This document shows positions 45,884 through 58,512 of a DNA stretch of 64,000 nt, one piece after another. The stretch is from assembly GCA_010909165.1 (NCBI GenBank), contig VJWM01000044.1, forward strand, positions 1,116,001-1,180,000. The letters are read 5' to 3'. This DNA comes from Anthoceros angustus (taxonomy: Eukaryota; Plantae; Anthocerotophyta). Below the pieces are notes generated by a model that saw nothing but the letters and a program-made list of their open reading frames with translations, had not been told where the DNA came from and ran no database searches. Within the stretch, counting starts at the first letter, position 1. Every line of letters starts with the position of its first letter. Made by a program: the position numbers and the translations under genes.

Positions 45884-47286
45884 TCAAAATGTAGTGTTCT
45901 CTGTATCCAGCACAATCACAACCTTGCCAACGGCCTTCTTGCTTTCTAGATGTGCAAATGCCTCGATAACTTGAGAAAATTTGAAGGGGCCTGCTGGATC
46001 CACAATAGGCTTGATTTTGCCATTATCGATGAGTGGCTGGAGCCGTCCCAGTGTGACTCCCCTGGAATCGACCACGAACCGGAAGGTTGGTCGAGTTGCG
46101 CTCTTGGTTTCTTCCCCTAGTTGCACCACGCTTCCAAATGGTTTTATCACTCTGAGGGCCTCCTTGGAGTCCCCTGTTTGTCAGCAGCAGCATCACAACG
46201 AGTTAGCACCTGAACACTGTGTAGGAACTAACACATGAATGTGGTCACCTTGCTCAAGTGTGCTTGTTTGTCGACACCATCAAACCGATTATGCTACATA
46301 TGCTCATCACAAATGCTGTTTGCTCATGGTAAACTCACCATTGTAGGTCACTTGAGGAGGATGTAAGAAATTGCTAACCAAGTGTATCCACGACCAGATC
46401 GTATCTGTGAGGCATGTCCACGTAGTTCCATTTGGTGTAATCAACCACATAGTCACAACCGATGCTTTTCAGAAATTTTATCTTCTTAGGACTAGTTGTA
46501 GCAGCAACCCTTGCGGCTCCATACATAACTTTCGCAATCTGTCCTGGTCCAGGCAAGCCTTCACATGAGGAGCAAGAGCTGCACACACCGCCGACCATGA
46601 AGGTGAGCCTGACGTACCTGGACAGCCATCGTACCAACTCCTCCTGCTCCTCCCAAGACAAGCACCCGCTGTCCCGAGAGGAACTGGGCGGCCTCCAGAG
46701 CTCCTTGAGCAGTTTGCATCGCCAGAGGCATTCCAGCTGCTTCAATGAAACTTAGCTTCTTAGGTTTCCACCACAGCAGCCTTTCTTCTACAGCCACAAA
46801 CTGCGCTAGGGATCCAAGCCGACTTGGGGAGTACATAGCCCTTGGATGGACGCACCCATAGACTTCCGAACCCACTGGGTAAATGGGGAACTTGTTGCCA
46901 CATTTCACCACTACTCCTGCAACGTCGTACCCTGGCACATGCTAATCACAAGAGCAACATGTTAGATGATGCCTAACCAAACGACGCAGGACTGAAAGAA
47001 AGCTCTGGACACCGGAAGGAAAGGAAATGCACACCGGAAGCTTGGAATCGAGCCTCCTGTACAGTCCTTCCCTCCGCTTCACGTCCAGAGGACAGATTGC
47101 AGCAGCCTTCACCTTCACAAGCACTTGGTCACCTCGCAACCTGGGAACTTTGATCAACTCCAGGCTCAGGTTTTCCTTGGGGCCATATTGCCTGTAAACC
47201 CACGCAGTCTGGTAAGGAGGTACATCATGTTCCAGGACCTCCTCCTTGTCGGCGACAACCTCTTTCAGCTTCAATTCAGGCACCAT
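45884..47286 (-). CDS. NADPH-dependent quinone/enone (alkenal/one) oxidoreductase, zinc-independent MDR family
   Basis: AWVYRQYG, QVLVKVKAAAICPLDVKR, VPGYDVAGVVV, GSLAQF, LSFIEAAGMPLA, VLVLGGAGGVG, YDLVVDTLG, GKIKPIVDPAGPFKFSQVIEAFAHLESKKAVGKVVI. Start codon tentative. Confidence 0.9.
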
Positions 47287-47542
47287 CTTTCCTTTATCTC
47301 CCTGAGTCTGCAACGTCTCAACAAAGCTCGTCCTGGCATCAGCATCAGCATTAGCAGCAGCATGAACGCCAAGTGCCCCATGGATGGTGAAGAGACAAGC
47401 ATGTACCGCTGACTGCACCCCCAAGTTCCGGTAACCGGAGGCTGCGGTTTAGCTTTCATCCCGGTCGGAAACCAAACCAGTTAGGTCTGCCGGGGGGGCG
47501 GGAGGAAGGTAGGAAGCAAGGACAAGTGGACAGCAGAGCGCG

Positions 47543-50500
47543 ATGGAGGCTGAAAAGGATCCCGTTGAGCAGATCTGGAAGACGCTGAAGGAGACTAAGC
47601 TGGTTGCAGCAAAGATGCCTGCAGGAAGCGTGCGCACAAACTGGAACGAGTTCTGCTCCAAGGAGCCCAAGAAGGCCCCGAAATCCTGTGAAAGCAGCAC
47701 GTTTTGCCCATACCCCGGCGTGATCGTAGACACCCTTGTTCGCGGTTACGACACGGCATATCTGGAGGGAAATGAGGAGCGCAGAGGTGATGCCGCTGCA
47801 GGTCCTGTTGCACAGTTCGTGAGCGAAACCAAGACCTCAGATAAGAGTGTGGAATTGAGCGAGAATTGTGGAAGGCACGTTTTGAAAGCTGATGATGGCG
47901 GAATCCCGTCTGCAAGCTTGTCTCCCAGTGAAAAAGAGCTGCTGGAGGCTAAGCAGAGGGAAGCACTGTTCAGGGTCATCTACGAGCTCAGTGATGAGGC
48001 CGCTGATGTTCGATATGGGGCTTTGATCGAGCTGCGCCACATTCTGTTTTCTAAGAACTTGGAGGAGGGACACCGTTTGCACAGCTTCACAGACTCGGCT
48101 GGATGTACAATTGTACAAGATGCGTGGCTGGAAAAGCAGAACGTACCTGGGCTGGAAAGAAGTGAGCTGGCATGGGCTGTGGAGGAGCTGGTGATCACAG
48201 CTCTACTTAGACGATTTGGGGATGAAACTGAGAAGTGTCGACATTTATCCATCGCTATTGTTCAGGAGTACGTCCTCTTCTCTTCATGTCTTCGTACAGT
48301 GTGAGCGCAGAGTTTGAGTTGTTCAGCGTGTGACGACAGTGAAGCTTCTTCTATGACCTTGTTGATTGGACTCTTCTGTGACAGCCTTTTGCAGGTTGTT
48401 CCCCAGTCTGTCATAGCTTTGCTTCCATATATCCTGCCGGTTGTTTCGGAGCGCCTGCCTTTAAAGGAGTTTGCGAAGCCTGAGAGTCGGTCGTCAATTC
48501 CTAAGGTTCATGCGTGTTGGGTGCAATGCTTGTCTCTTACAAGCATATCGCCACCATCTCGGCTGAGCATTGTGCATCGTGGGTCCTGTGAGTACCAGGT
48601 TGAGTTGCGGGGGGTGAATGTGGAATTGTGTGAAGAATTACGGCTGTCATTGGTCCAATTGATTCATGGAATGCTGAAGCAAGCACCAACATTGTTCCAC
48701 CCCTTTGCATCGGATGTTTCATCCATACTTATGGCTGCTGCAACAGATTCACATCCAGAGGTTCTAAAGGTAACCATGTTTTGCATCTTTTTTATGTGGT
48801 TGCTGAGCTTCCACCCTGGCCCCATATTTCGTTTCGAAGTGTACCAGCAATAGAACATTCTGCCAGCCTGATGTTCAGGTCATGGTAAGAGATGGTGGCA
48901 GAATGTGATCTGCCATGCAGGCAACATTTGCAGCTCTTCACCTGTTTGGGGAGACCATGGGGGACATGCTGAAGCCAGTTGCAAAACAGCTTGTAACGTC
49001 AATTATCCCTTCCTTAGCGCACAGTCATTACCATGTGAGAGTGGCTGCACTTAGGGCCATTCGCAGGTAAGTCAAACCACTGGATCTTGGCTGCAATTTG
49101 TGCAACTCATGAAGTATAGGAGCAGCAAGGTGTTACTGATGTGCTGCATGTAGGTTGGTGCTTTGTGGTGCGCATGAGAGTATATATGACCTGACTGCAT
49201 TTCGTGATCCAAATCTCATCCCCATTAGATCATTCTACCATCCAGATACCAAAGTAAGGTACACCGCATCTTCAGAGAGTATCTGTGCTCTTTGCACGCT
49301 GGAGCAGGACTTCAGATGTGATGATTTTTGACTTGCAGACACAATATCTAGCACTCCTTGCTGCGGACAGAAACGCTGCCGTGAGAGAAGAGCTAATGGC
49401 AACCGTATCTTGCTGGCTCCTTGATCTTGAACAGCGAAAGGAGCATGAGGTTCGACTTTTACCGTAAGTCCGCTGCTTTTACCACCTTCTCAACAACACA
49501 GGGTCGGTAGTTTCTGACTAGAGACATGACCTCGGAATGTGTTGAGCTTTAAGGGTACTAATCTGGATTCAGCCAATTGCAGGTATGTGTTAAGTGGTTT
49601 CAATGACCCCAATGCTCGGCTTCAAGAACAAGCCTTTTCCCTTATGGAAGCCATTGGCCAGCGGTAAGAGGCAAACAACAGTCGGCTTTCTGTCCCTCCC
49701 ATCAGTCTCTCACCTGCCCATTCCTAAGGCAACAAGAAAACGGCACAGGTACGAACACGACTTTGAGAATGAAGTACGAGACATAAAGGACTACCTGCCT
49801 GAAGCCTCGATCGACATCGTCAGCATTGCTGGGAGGCCTTTGCCACCACCTTTCACCAGTACTGTTCCTAAACTCTTCTCAGAGTCTGCTGCCAAACGGT
49901 TTAATCAGATTCGCTGTGAGATCACAACCAAAGAAGAAAGGAAGGTATCCACAGTTCGACTCCTAAGCTGCATCAGTTGGCTGCAGGACGACCTTGTTTG
50001 GGTGCCAGGATCTTGGTGCGAAACTGCTTCTCAGTTATGCTGCATGCCATCACTGCCGATCTTCTTGCTTGGACCAGCGGCACGAAAGTCCTGGCTGCTG
50101 ACTTTCTACTGACAATGCTCATCTTTGTCGAAGAAGCTGTTACGCAGCACCTTCAGCCTGTTTTGGGTATTCTCGGCAAGACATGCAGAGATTCCGCAAT
50201 TGGGAAAAAGTTAAGTTGCTAACCTGTACATTATCTTTGGGGACGTGCTCGAGCAATTGATGCCTGTTTAGATTAACATAGCATCTCTACTTGCAGATTC
50301 GAGAGAGTGCGAATGTTGTGGGTTACTTCGTGGCTCCCTCAGCGTATCTATTATCTATATTGCCTCAAATAACTGGCGAGTATGAGGGTGACAGTCCCCT
50401 GTATCAAGCTGCTCAAGCTCTCACCTTACTTGCTAGCATAATGCAAGGCACTCCACGACCTGCTCTTACCCCACACATACCAGAAATTTGCACAGTACTT

Positions 50501-51741
50501 ACAGAGCGGGAGCTTGTAACAAGCCTTCAGCAGTAAGGTTTTCGTTTAGGCACAGGCGTGAAGTAGGTAGTCGTTTTGATGTCGACGAGCTTTACAACTA
50601 CGTGAATGAAAACGTTAAAGATCTGTCTCTTGATGTTTGCCCCATGGTAACCAGGGAGGTAATCGAAGGAGTAGTTGGTGTAAGCAGAGAAATGGTCGCA
50701 GCCTGGAGTGAAGAATGCAAGGGTGAGACCATTTCGATCATGTGGATTCTCTTGAATGCTGCTGCTGCTGCCGACTTCTGTGGAAGAGCAGCGAATGAAG
50801 TAAGTGGTTGCTACTCTTCCTAACCAGTTCAGCAGCTTGAGCTTTGATTATACGTATATGCTGCGGAATTTCAGGTCCAAGAAATTCTTCTGGAGTTGGC
50901 AATCTCATCAGGGTACGAATCAGTTGAACATCACATCTCTGCCTCAATTGACAACCTGTTATCTCTGTTGCCCCCACCTGAACTTTGGGCTAACCGCTCT
51001 CTAGAGGTCAACGTCTTTTGTCTGCTCCTGCAACAGACGAGTGAAACGACATCTGACACTCTCGCTAAGTAAGCTCCATCGTCCCCCACTGTACCTCCTC
51101 GGGACTGTATGTTATGTGCCTGGGGAATCCAGACTGAACGTTTTTGCTGTTGTACTACAGGCTGTTCCATGTACTGGAATCTTCAATAAAGGACACCGTG
51201 GATCAGGATGTGAAACTCAGGTGAACACTCTCCTGCCCAGTCAAATTGGTAACTACTCCATACATTCTACCCAAGCCCACACTAATGCGGAATCTGGATC
51301 TGTCTTCAGGTTAGTTTTTGCAGTGCAAAGTATGGTGGCGTGCACCCCAGACGAATTCCCAAGCACTGAAGCTCTTATGGTGCAGCTGGTTGAGAATTTT
51401 GTCATCCCTTGCCTGCAATACGATGGGGTGTTTGTGCGCCCTACCATAGGTATACTGCAAGCTCTGCTAAGCAAGCCTTGGTTCCAGCTACCAACCAGCG
51501 TGACCGTACTCATGACTAACACGCTGCTGGAGCTCCACAAAGACGTGCCAGAGGAAGAGTTCGACGAGGAATGTGCAAACGGAAGCTACCGAGGTGAGCA
51601 CCACTGCGGCTATCCTGTGAGACCCATGCACATACTAGTTGGCCCTGATGCATGCATCCCGTTGCAGAACCTGGCACAGAGTGCTTGATTAGGTCAGTTC
51701 TTGATCAGCTCGGTGAAGTGCGGGAAAGGGCATTAGCGTGA
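47543..51741 (+). CDS. DNAAF5: Dynein axonemal assembly factor 5 (HEATR2), HEAT-repeat protein, multi-exon
   Basis: LLRRFGDETEKCR, LLPYILPVVSERL, CEELRLSLVQL, DSHPEV, LAHSHYHVRVAAL, AFRDPNLIPIRSFY, LAADRNAAVR, WLLDLEQRKEHEVRLLPYVLSGFND, RPCLGARILVR. 3' end inferred from splicing. Confidence 0.82.
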
Positions 51742-53994
51742 TGTCACCGTGACCAACAGCGGCTCCTTACTATTAGCTGAGTAAGTAAATAAGCACACAA
51801 ACCTATTCTAAATATTCAGGTAGGTGGTACGGTTACAAGCTACTGTATTTTTGCTGAGTATTATGGTCGATATCTCGTATCTCCTCTGCGATGACTTGAT
51901 ATTCATAAAAAGCTAGATACAAAAGGACTAGGGACTAAGATGTAAAATGTAAAAGATATTAGTATTGTCATGTAACTAAGAATTATTTTCTTAGCATACA
52001 AGCTGTTGTTGTAAGTCCCGTAGGGAGTGCTTGCTATATGATCTCTTTGTGTCCCATGTGGTTCCATGTCCCTTCAGCCCCATTTCCATGTTAACACAGG
52101 TGGTTCCGTGTTTCGCGGAACATTTCTTTAGTCACATCAGTCACATTTTTTCATGCACTCCGAAATGCCAACTTTTTATTGCTTCCGTCTTCCAAGGTTT
52201 CTCACTTAGTGCCCTTTAAGGTTTTATTCATTACGCTCATGGAACACCCTCCAAGCTTGGATCATCAACCTCTTCTTGGAGTCGTCTGTGGTCTTACATC
52301 TATTATCCATAGCGTTTATAAGTTTATCATGAGAGATACCGACGATTATGAGACACCGATCAGCTCAACTCTTCGTCGTTCTCTCAAATGCCACCTCCTG
52401 CCATTTTCTCCAAGTCATTTATCTTGGTCCCTGGAGAACAAACATTTTGCCTCAATCCAATGAGATAATGGAGCACGATAGTGTGCTTGAGATGGTGGAG
52501 GCCCATAAGGAATTGGAATGGGAAGGTCCGCCATAAACATAAACTTTGGCGCAAGGTAATTTGCTATTACAAAAGATCGTAGCTATAGCGAGAGGTTCCA
52601 TTATAGAGACCGCAAAACCCTAGAATATCAAAATCCTTTACATCATTCCTAGTCACTTAAGAAAATATGGGTCATCTCTGTTTCTATTCAAAACACAAGT
52701 GAAAACACTGGTGCTTGGTGTTTTTTGGTAGGGTCAAGTTATAATAAGGTCATTACCCAGTCTTGTCATATGCGCCCGAAACACCAATGAACGGGTTCAT
52801 GGAAATGCGCCCTTGGAGAGTGCTTGATTTATTGTCTCTGCTTGCAATAAGCGGTTGTTGCAAAGATTTTCAGGGCCTCCTAATGTCAGGATCCACTAAA
52901 TTAAGTGGAATGTAAATCCCCAACAGGAGCTCATATTTCGCTTGTTTTAGTTTTTTAAAAATTGATGTGGAGACTTTATATAAAAAAAGCTTTGGAAGCT
53001 TGGTATTAACTTTCTTTCTGTGGTGGTACCACCATCTTAATACGAACCTGACTCTCTCTCGTACCACCTCACCCTCATAATTATACCCCCTCGCTTACAT
53101 GCATTGTTTATGATTTCCCACATGCAATTGCAACATGACCGTAACAAGGAGCCCCTCTCTCTCCCCTATCACCCTCCCCTCTTTATTACACCCCATTTGG
53201 AGAACTATTTATTTGTGTATCACCTTGCCCTCTTCATTACACCCTCTCTTGACAACTATTTGTTTATGTCGCCCGCACTAAAACATCACTATAACATGGT
53301 CCAGCAACTCTCACATTTTCCTCCTATCCTCCTATCTCATAACTTCAATGTTGCTTTATCAATGTTTTTACTTGACCATAGCTATTCATGGGTTGAAGAC
53401 CAATTTTTTTTTTTTTCAACTAGTCCTACAATGATAATAAATGTGCACCCTTCCATTGTGCACTTATATCCATAATAAAGTACAGGATATGAATATACTT
53501 ATATGTAGATAAATATAGGGGATACATATATATAGATAAATATATATTATATTAATATTATTAGATATAGTTATATATTATATTAATAATTTTATTTTAT
53601 ATTAAGGTATAAATTACTTATTCATTCTAGCCACCAGCATAACTTCTAGCCCTTGTCTTACCCAGGCACTCCAACATAACTTCCGAACGTTAAAATTTAG
53701 CTTAGCACCCATCAATACTCACTACTAATGTAGACCGAGATCAAACCCTAAATTTCCTAGTTCTAAGAAATATGCCTTGACTAATTCACTATATACTATT
53801 TTAGTTGGAGCATTAAGATCTCGGGATTTATTTATAAAATAACCTAGACGTATTATTATTTGCCTATGTGTGGGTTCGTGCATGGGTGCGGGGCTCACTC
53901 TATTTGGAGGATAGATTTTCCCCCCTTCCAAAAGCTTCCTTGCCCTTTTCCTATCCATGGCCACAGATTTAGAGGGACAATCACACCGTGCAAA

Positions 53995-54375
53995 GAGACG
54001 AGGGAGAGGAGGAGGGGAAGCGGCAAGGAGGAAAAGGAGGAGAGGGATCTGAGGTAGAGGAGGAGGAGGAGGAAGAAGAGGAGGTAGAGGGTGAGAGGGA
54101 AAGGAAGAGGAGGAAGAGGAGGAGGAGGAGAAGGAGGAGGAGGAGGATGGAAAGAGGGAAAGGAAGAGGGACGGGCAATCTCGGGTCCCAAAGATGAGGA
54201 GGGCGAGAGGGAAGGAGGAGGAGGGAAAAAGTGGATGGACAGGAGGGGGAGATTACAAGGAGGAGGAGGGGGAGAGGGAAAAGAAGAGTAGTAACAAGAG
54301 GGGAAGAGAGGAAGGAAGAAGAGGGGGAGATGGGAAGAAGGAGGAGAGGGAGAGGGAAAGGAAGAGGAGGAGGCC
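53995..54375 (+). repeat. Polypurine (GGA/GAA)n low-complexity tract
   Basis: ~380 bp almost exclusively A/G on the + strand. Confidence 0.9.
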
Positions 54376-54539
54376 CATTCCATGGAGTGATTTCAGGCCA
54401 AATTGGCGGGGACTAAGGTGGGCATGTAATTGATGCACCTTAGCGGAGTTCAACCTAGATTTCACCGCATGCCCGGCCTCCCAATCCCCCGCTTCTTAGA
54501 TTCCGGACAAATCGAAACCCGATGGCCAAAAAAACCACC

Positions 54540-54790
54540 CTAGGAGCGACGAAGGCACCACTAAGGGAGGAAGAACAAAGGTCAGGGACGTCTTGGAGAT
54601 CCTCCGCGAGGCGTTCCAAGGGAAGCCAATGAGCAAAGCAGACGTCGACTTGGAGGCACCGAAAAAGGCGTGGTCCTGGGAAGTGTGCTGCATATGAGGC
54701 TAAGAGGTGATTAGTCTCCCTCGCAACGACTGTCAAGACTTCGGTGAGGGTCCAAGGGGTATCCAAATGCGGAGTCGGGAGGACAATAGT
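54540..54790 (-). mobile_element. Old diverged fragment of the same CRE-like non-LTR family found at 59.5-63.5 kb
   Basis: HLLASYAAHFPGPRLFRCLQVDVCFAHWLPLERLAED aligns by eye with YLLTLFEAHFPGSHLF...HDDVRLAYRLPLDRLALD. After a frameshift it reads LFFLP*WCLRRS versus LFLSLPRWCLRHS. Confidence 0.7.
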
Positions 54791-55187
54791 GGAGGAAGAA
54801 GTTGAGCCTCCCAAGTAGTCCGATTGAAGTCCTTGTGAATCAAATCTATGTGATTCTTGACCCCCTAAGTTTTGAATAATTTCCCGCACGCGGGACTGTC
54901 TGCTGGTTTCAGTCATTGGTTTAAAGGAGCTTTATGGGCTTTCCTCATTTCATCCGCCTTGTTATCAATCATATGTTTTGAAAAAGATTATATATTATAA
55001 AATATCTAATATAAATTAATATTTTTTGTACAGATCTTAGGAAAAGGTAGGAAAATATAAAGAATGTGAAGTACGGAATGTAGGTGAGAAGGTAGGTTGG
55101 GTTGGAGGTGCGGATTTGGAAGGGGGAAATGAATGTAAAATATATGGTAGATATCTATTTTGTATAGCTCCGCTCAAATGTCGGCCC

Positions 55188-55260
55188 GGGGATGTAGCTC
55201 AGATGGTAGAGCGCTCGCTTAGCATGCGAGAGGTACGGGGATCGATACCCCGCATCTCCA
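55188..55260 (+). tRNA. trnA-AGC: tRNA-Ala (anticodon AGC)
   Basis: GGGGATGTAGCTCAGATGGTAGAGCGCTCGCTTAGCATGCGAGAGGTACGGGGATCGATACCCCGCATCTCCA; G3:U70 pair, A/B boxes, TTTT terminator at ~55271. Confidence 0.97.
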
Positions 55261-56455
55261 CACAGTACACTTTTCCCGTTTACGTTTTACATCCTCCTCT
55301 CTCTGCACCGTTTAGAATGTTTACCGGATTATCCTCCAGAGAGCAGGTGAATCATTCCCCGGCAGAGGTTTGTCTTACATTCTCTACATCCGGCAGGGCG
55401 CTGGTGGCGAACGATTCACGAAGGCTGCGATAGATGAGGAGGCGGCAAATTGATTCACGACTGCACGAATGCCAAGAGCAGGAGGTGGCAAAATCATTCA
55501 CGAATACCAAGATCGGTGGCAAAATGATTTACGAATGCCAACATTAGGTGGTGGCAAGATAATGAGCGTAGGATCAGGATTGTGGACTGGAAGAGAACTA
55601 CGCAGTCGATGTGGAGAGTACAACCAAAGAAAAATATGTATGCAGCTGCCAATCGAGACTCTCGTCGGGGATGGATGGCAAGCAGACTCTAACTTTCGGA
55701 CACATGTTTGATTTGTGTTCGAATCTACTAGCCCTGGCCGTGCACATGCGGGCTTTCAGTACCGGGACCGGTGAATCTGCTGAAAGAGCAGCTAAACCTG
55801 TGACTAGTCTATTGCAGTCCTTCTCAGCCGGCTGGTGAGGGAACCATGGTGGCTTTCAATCACATACCTGGGTAGCAAGGGGATGATGACCACCATGAGC
55901 AGCAGCGGGGAGTCATCTGAGATTGGCGCAGTTAGATACAGCGAGCTTAACGTGCTGTGCGGACCACACATTTGTATCTGAAGCTGTCCCACATGTGGCA
56001 AACTCCAGTCTCCACCCAAGAGCTCCACCCTTGAGACTATGGCACGAGGCCAGCAGCCTCAGAGTGCATGTCATTACTACACAGCCTGACCTACATCAGG
56101 CATTGGCCAAGGAGGAGAGAGAGCATCCTCGAGCAGCCGCGACTGTTTCATCATTCCAGCATCCAATATGGTTTATGAGGTCGCGGCGCATGCATGCCGA
56201 GCATTGAGCGGATGGTGTGATACAGAGGGCAGGGAACGAGCTCGTCGGCCTGCGGACATTTACCATTCTTCAAACCACCCTGGGCCCTGCTGGAATGATG
56301 GGACTTGACCGATAATGGAACGACATGGATGTGTTAGCTGGACAATCTTATGCGTAGCTTGCCTCTCATTGAGCACCGTCCATAAGAACCCAGAACCGTA
56401 CACGAACCTGTGGCTTGTCCAAACAGCTGCTGTCAGGTGCATTCCGGCCAGCGTC

Positions 56456-57004
56456 ATGGGGGAAGCGGAGCATCCCTTTCTGTACCGGGTGAGCGACGAG
56501 CGCGAGTGGAAGACTGCAACCGCGGATGGCCAGCTGGTGGGAGGTGACCTGGATCGCGCAAGCGGCTTCATTCATCTCAGCACCTTCTCCCAGGTCAGCA
56601 CACCGGCTGTCTGCCTATACTCGCTTCCTTGCCGCCCTGCCCTGGAGATAGTTGTTCGCTTCAATGTTGTGGAATGCTTCAGGTGAAAGGAGTGCTGGAG
56701 CTTTTCTTCAGCGGCAGGGACGATCTCTATCTGCTCAAAATCGACGCAGCAAAGGTAGTGGATTTCATGAACGCACACCAGTTGTGACAGTGGGCAAGTG
56801 GCATGTGCTCCTGTTTTCACCGCACTTTCCCTGTTTACAAGGCAGCTGGGAGCCGGGCTCAGGTACGAGCGCGTTGAGGAGGTTGGCCAGGAGTTTCCGC
56901 ACTTTTATGGTCCAGGAGAGACTTCTGCTGCCATACCCCTGTCGCTTGTTGTCGAATGGAAGAAGCTGCAACTCTTGGAAGGCAAGCATATCCTCCCTCC
57001 ATGA
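56456..57004 (+). CDS. DUF952 family protein (3 exons)
   Basis: MGEAEHPFLYRVSDEREW...GGDLDRASGFIHLSTFSQ|VKGVLELFFSGRDDLYLLKIDAAK|LGAGLRYE...FPHFYG...IPL. GFIHLS and FPHxYG motifs. Confidence 0.88.
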
Positions 57005-57073
57005 TGTGCTGCGTCTATGAAGGCGTTCTTGTCACGGTTTCAGCTAGGTATTCGACTGTGCTTCGTTCGAAGA

Positions 57074-57167
57074 AAATCAGATATGACCTTACCTTCTATG
57101 GATCCCCACCAGAGGATGAGAATCAGATATGACCTTACTTTCTATGCATCCCCACAAGAGGATGAGA
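57074..57167. repeat. ~47-bp tandem duplication
   Basis: aatcagatatgaccttac(c/t)ttctatg(g/c)atccccac(c/a)agaggatgag x2. Confidence 0.85.
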
Positions 57168-57837
57168 TGGAGAAGTTTTGTCCCTTCTCCATTGTGCCAA
57201 GCTGCTTACGCGGCCCGCAAAGGCAGGGATTCTCTTGCGCAACAAAAAGACCTGTTTCTTGCAAGGCCAACGCTCAGGTGGTACGAGCAAAACTCACACT
57301 CTTTCAATTACGATTTTCCGATCTGGATAGTACATATCGGCTTTGCAGTTCGTTGAGTCGCACTCTCTCAGCGGCAACAGCATCAGAAACCTCTGAATCG
57401 CACTCTCACCGGCGCCAGAGGCAGCAAAAAACAGGTCCACGTCTACTGTCAGCGACATCACAAAATGAGCACCGAAGACAACTAAGATCCGGACACATAC
57501 AATCACATCACAGGCCACAAAGATGCCCTCAGGGACCTCAGACACAACCATGTACCAAGATCTTGTCAAATGTAACTATATGCCAAGATGTTATGCCCGT
57601 CAGATATTTTGTGTGATAATGATCATCACATATCAGCATTGCAGAATATCTATCATCCTTGGGCAGTCACTTCGGTGTCACTAGAAAATCATGCAGAGTG
57701 ATGTCGACGCATTTCTCACACACCAATATTCAGCATGCACAGTGCTAGTGCACCTAGAGTGTACTTTACTCAAAAAGAGATTGTGACATTAGTCACAATT
57801 TCCGAAAACAATTCAAGAATGACCACTCGACCTAAAC

Positions 57838-58512
57838 CTAAGACTGGGCTTTGGCAGCTTGCTTCTCCTTGGACTTCTGAATTTTCAAGACCTTCTTCAC
57901 AATCTTCTGCTCTTCCACAAGGAAGGCGCGAATGATTCTGCAGCCCCGAGGACAACACAACGTCATCACAAAGTCACAACCGCTGCAAAAGCACACAATG
58001 CAACTGCATCCACCACAGCTCAGCTTGGCGAGGCAACCCTACCTCTCCCGAACAGCGGAGCCACATAAATTTCCGCCATAAGCGCGGTTCACAGTCTTCC
58101 TGTGTCTGTGCAACCTGCCAGTCCTGTACTCAGCTGGCCTCAAATGAGGGATCTGAAGTCACGAACCAAGAGCGCGTAGGTCAGGACGTCCGCGCAGATT
58201 GACCTCCACAACCCCATCAAAACCTAAAAGCTTAGACTGCTGGTCAGCGGCCTCACCCCGGGAATACGCTTCCCCGTGACAGAGCATATGGGCCCGTTTG
58301 CCCTCTTTTTGGCGGTCTGGAAGACGAGCTTCCCACCTGAAGGCCAGAGCAATAAAAACCATCAACACACCGTTCGAAAGCTGCACTCCTCAAGGACTCC
58401 GTTCGACAAGGACAATCTACCCGCGCCTCGTACCTGGAGTCTTCACAACACGAGTCTGGTTCGACTTGGTGGCATAGCAGTGCCGCCGCCGGTACGTAAG
58501 CCTTTGCACCAT
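57838..58512 (-). CDS. RPL34: 60S ribosomal protein eL34 (4 exons; absent from the ORF track)
   Basis: Spliced: [27 protein letters not shown]|[26 protein letters not shown]|[37 protein letters not shown]|[32 protein letters not shown]; GT-AG introns. Confidence 0.96.

Noticed and set aside
53895-54465. Pro/Ser- or Glu/Arg-rich ORFs
   Set aside because: Artefacts of the (GGA)n polypurine tract.
57017-57616. 199-aa ORF downstream of DUF952
   Set aside because: Spans a tandem duplication and probable UTR sequence; no motif recognised.
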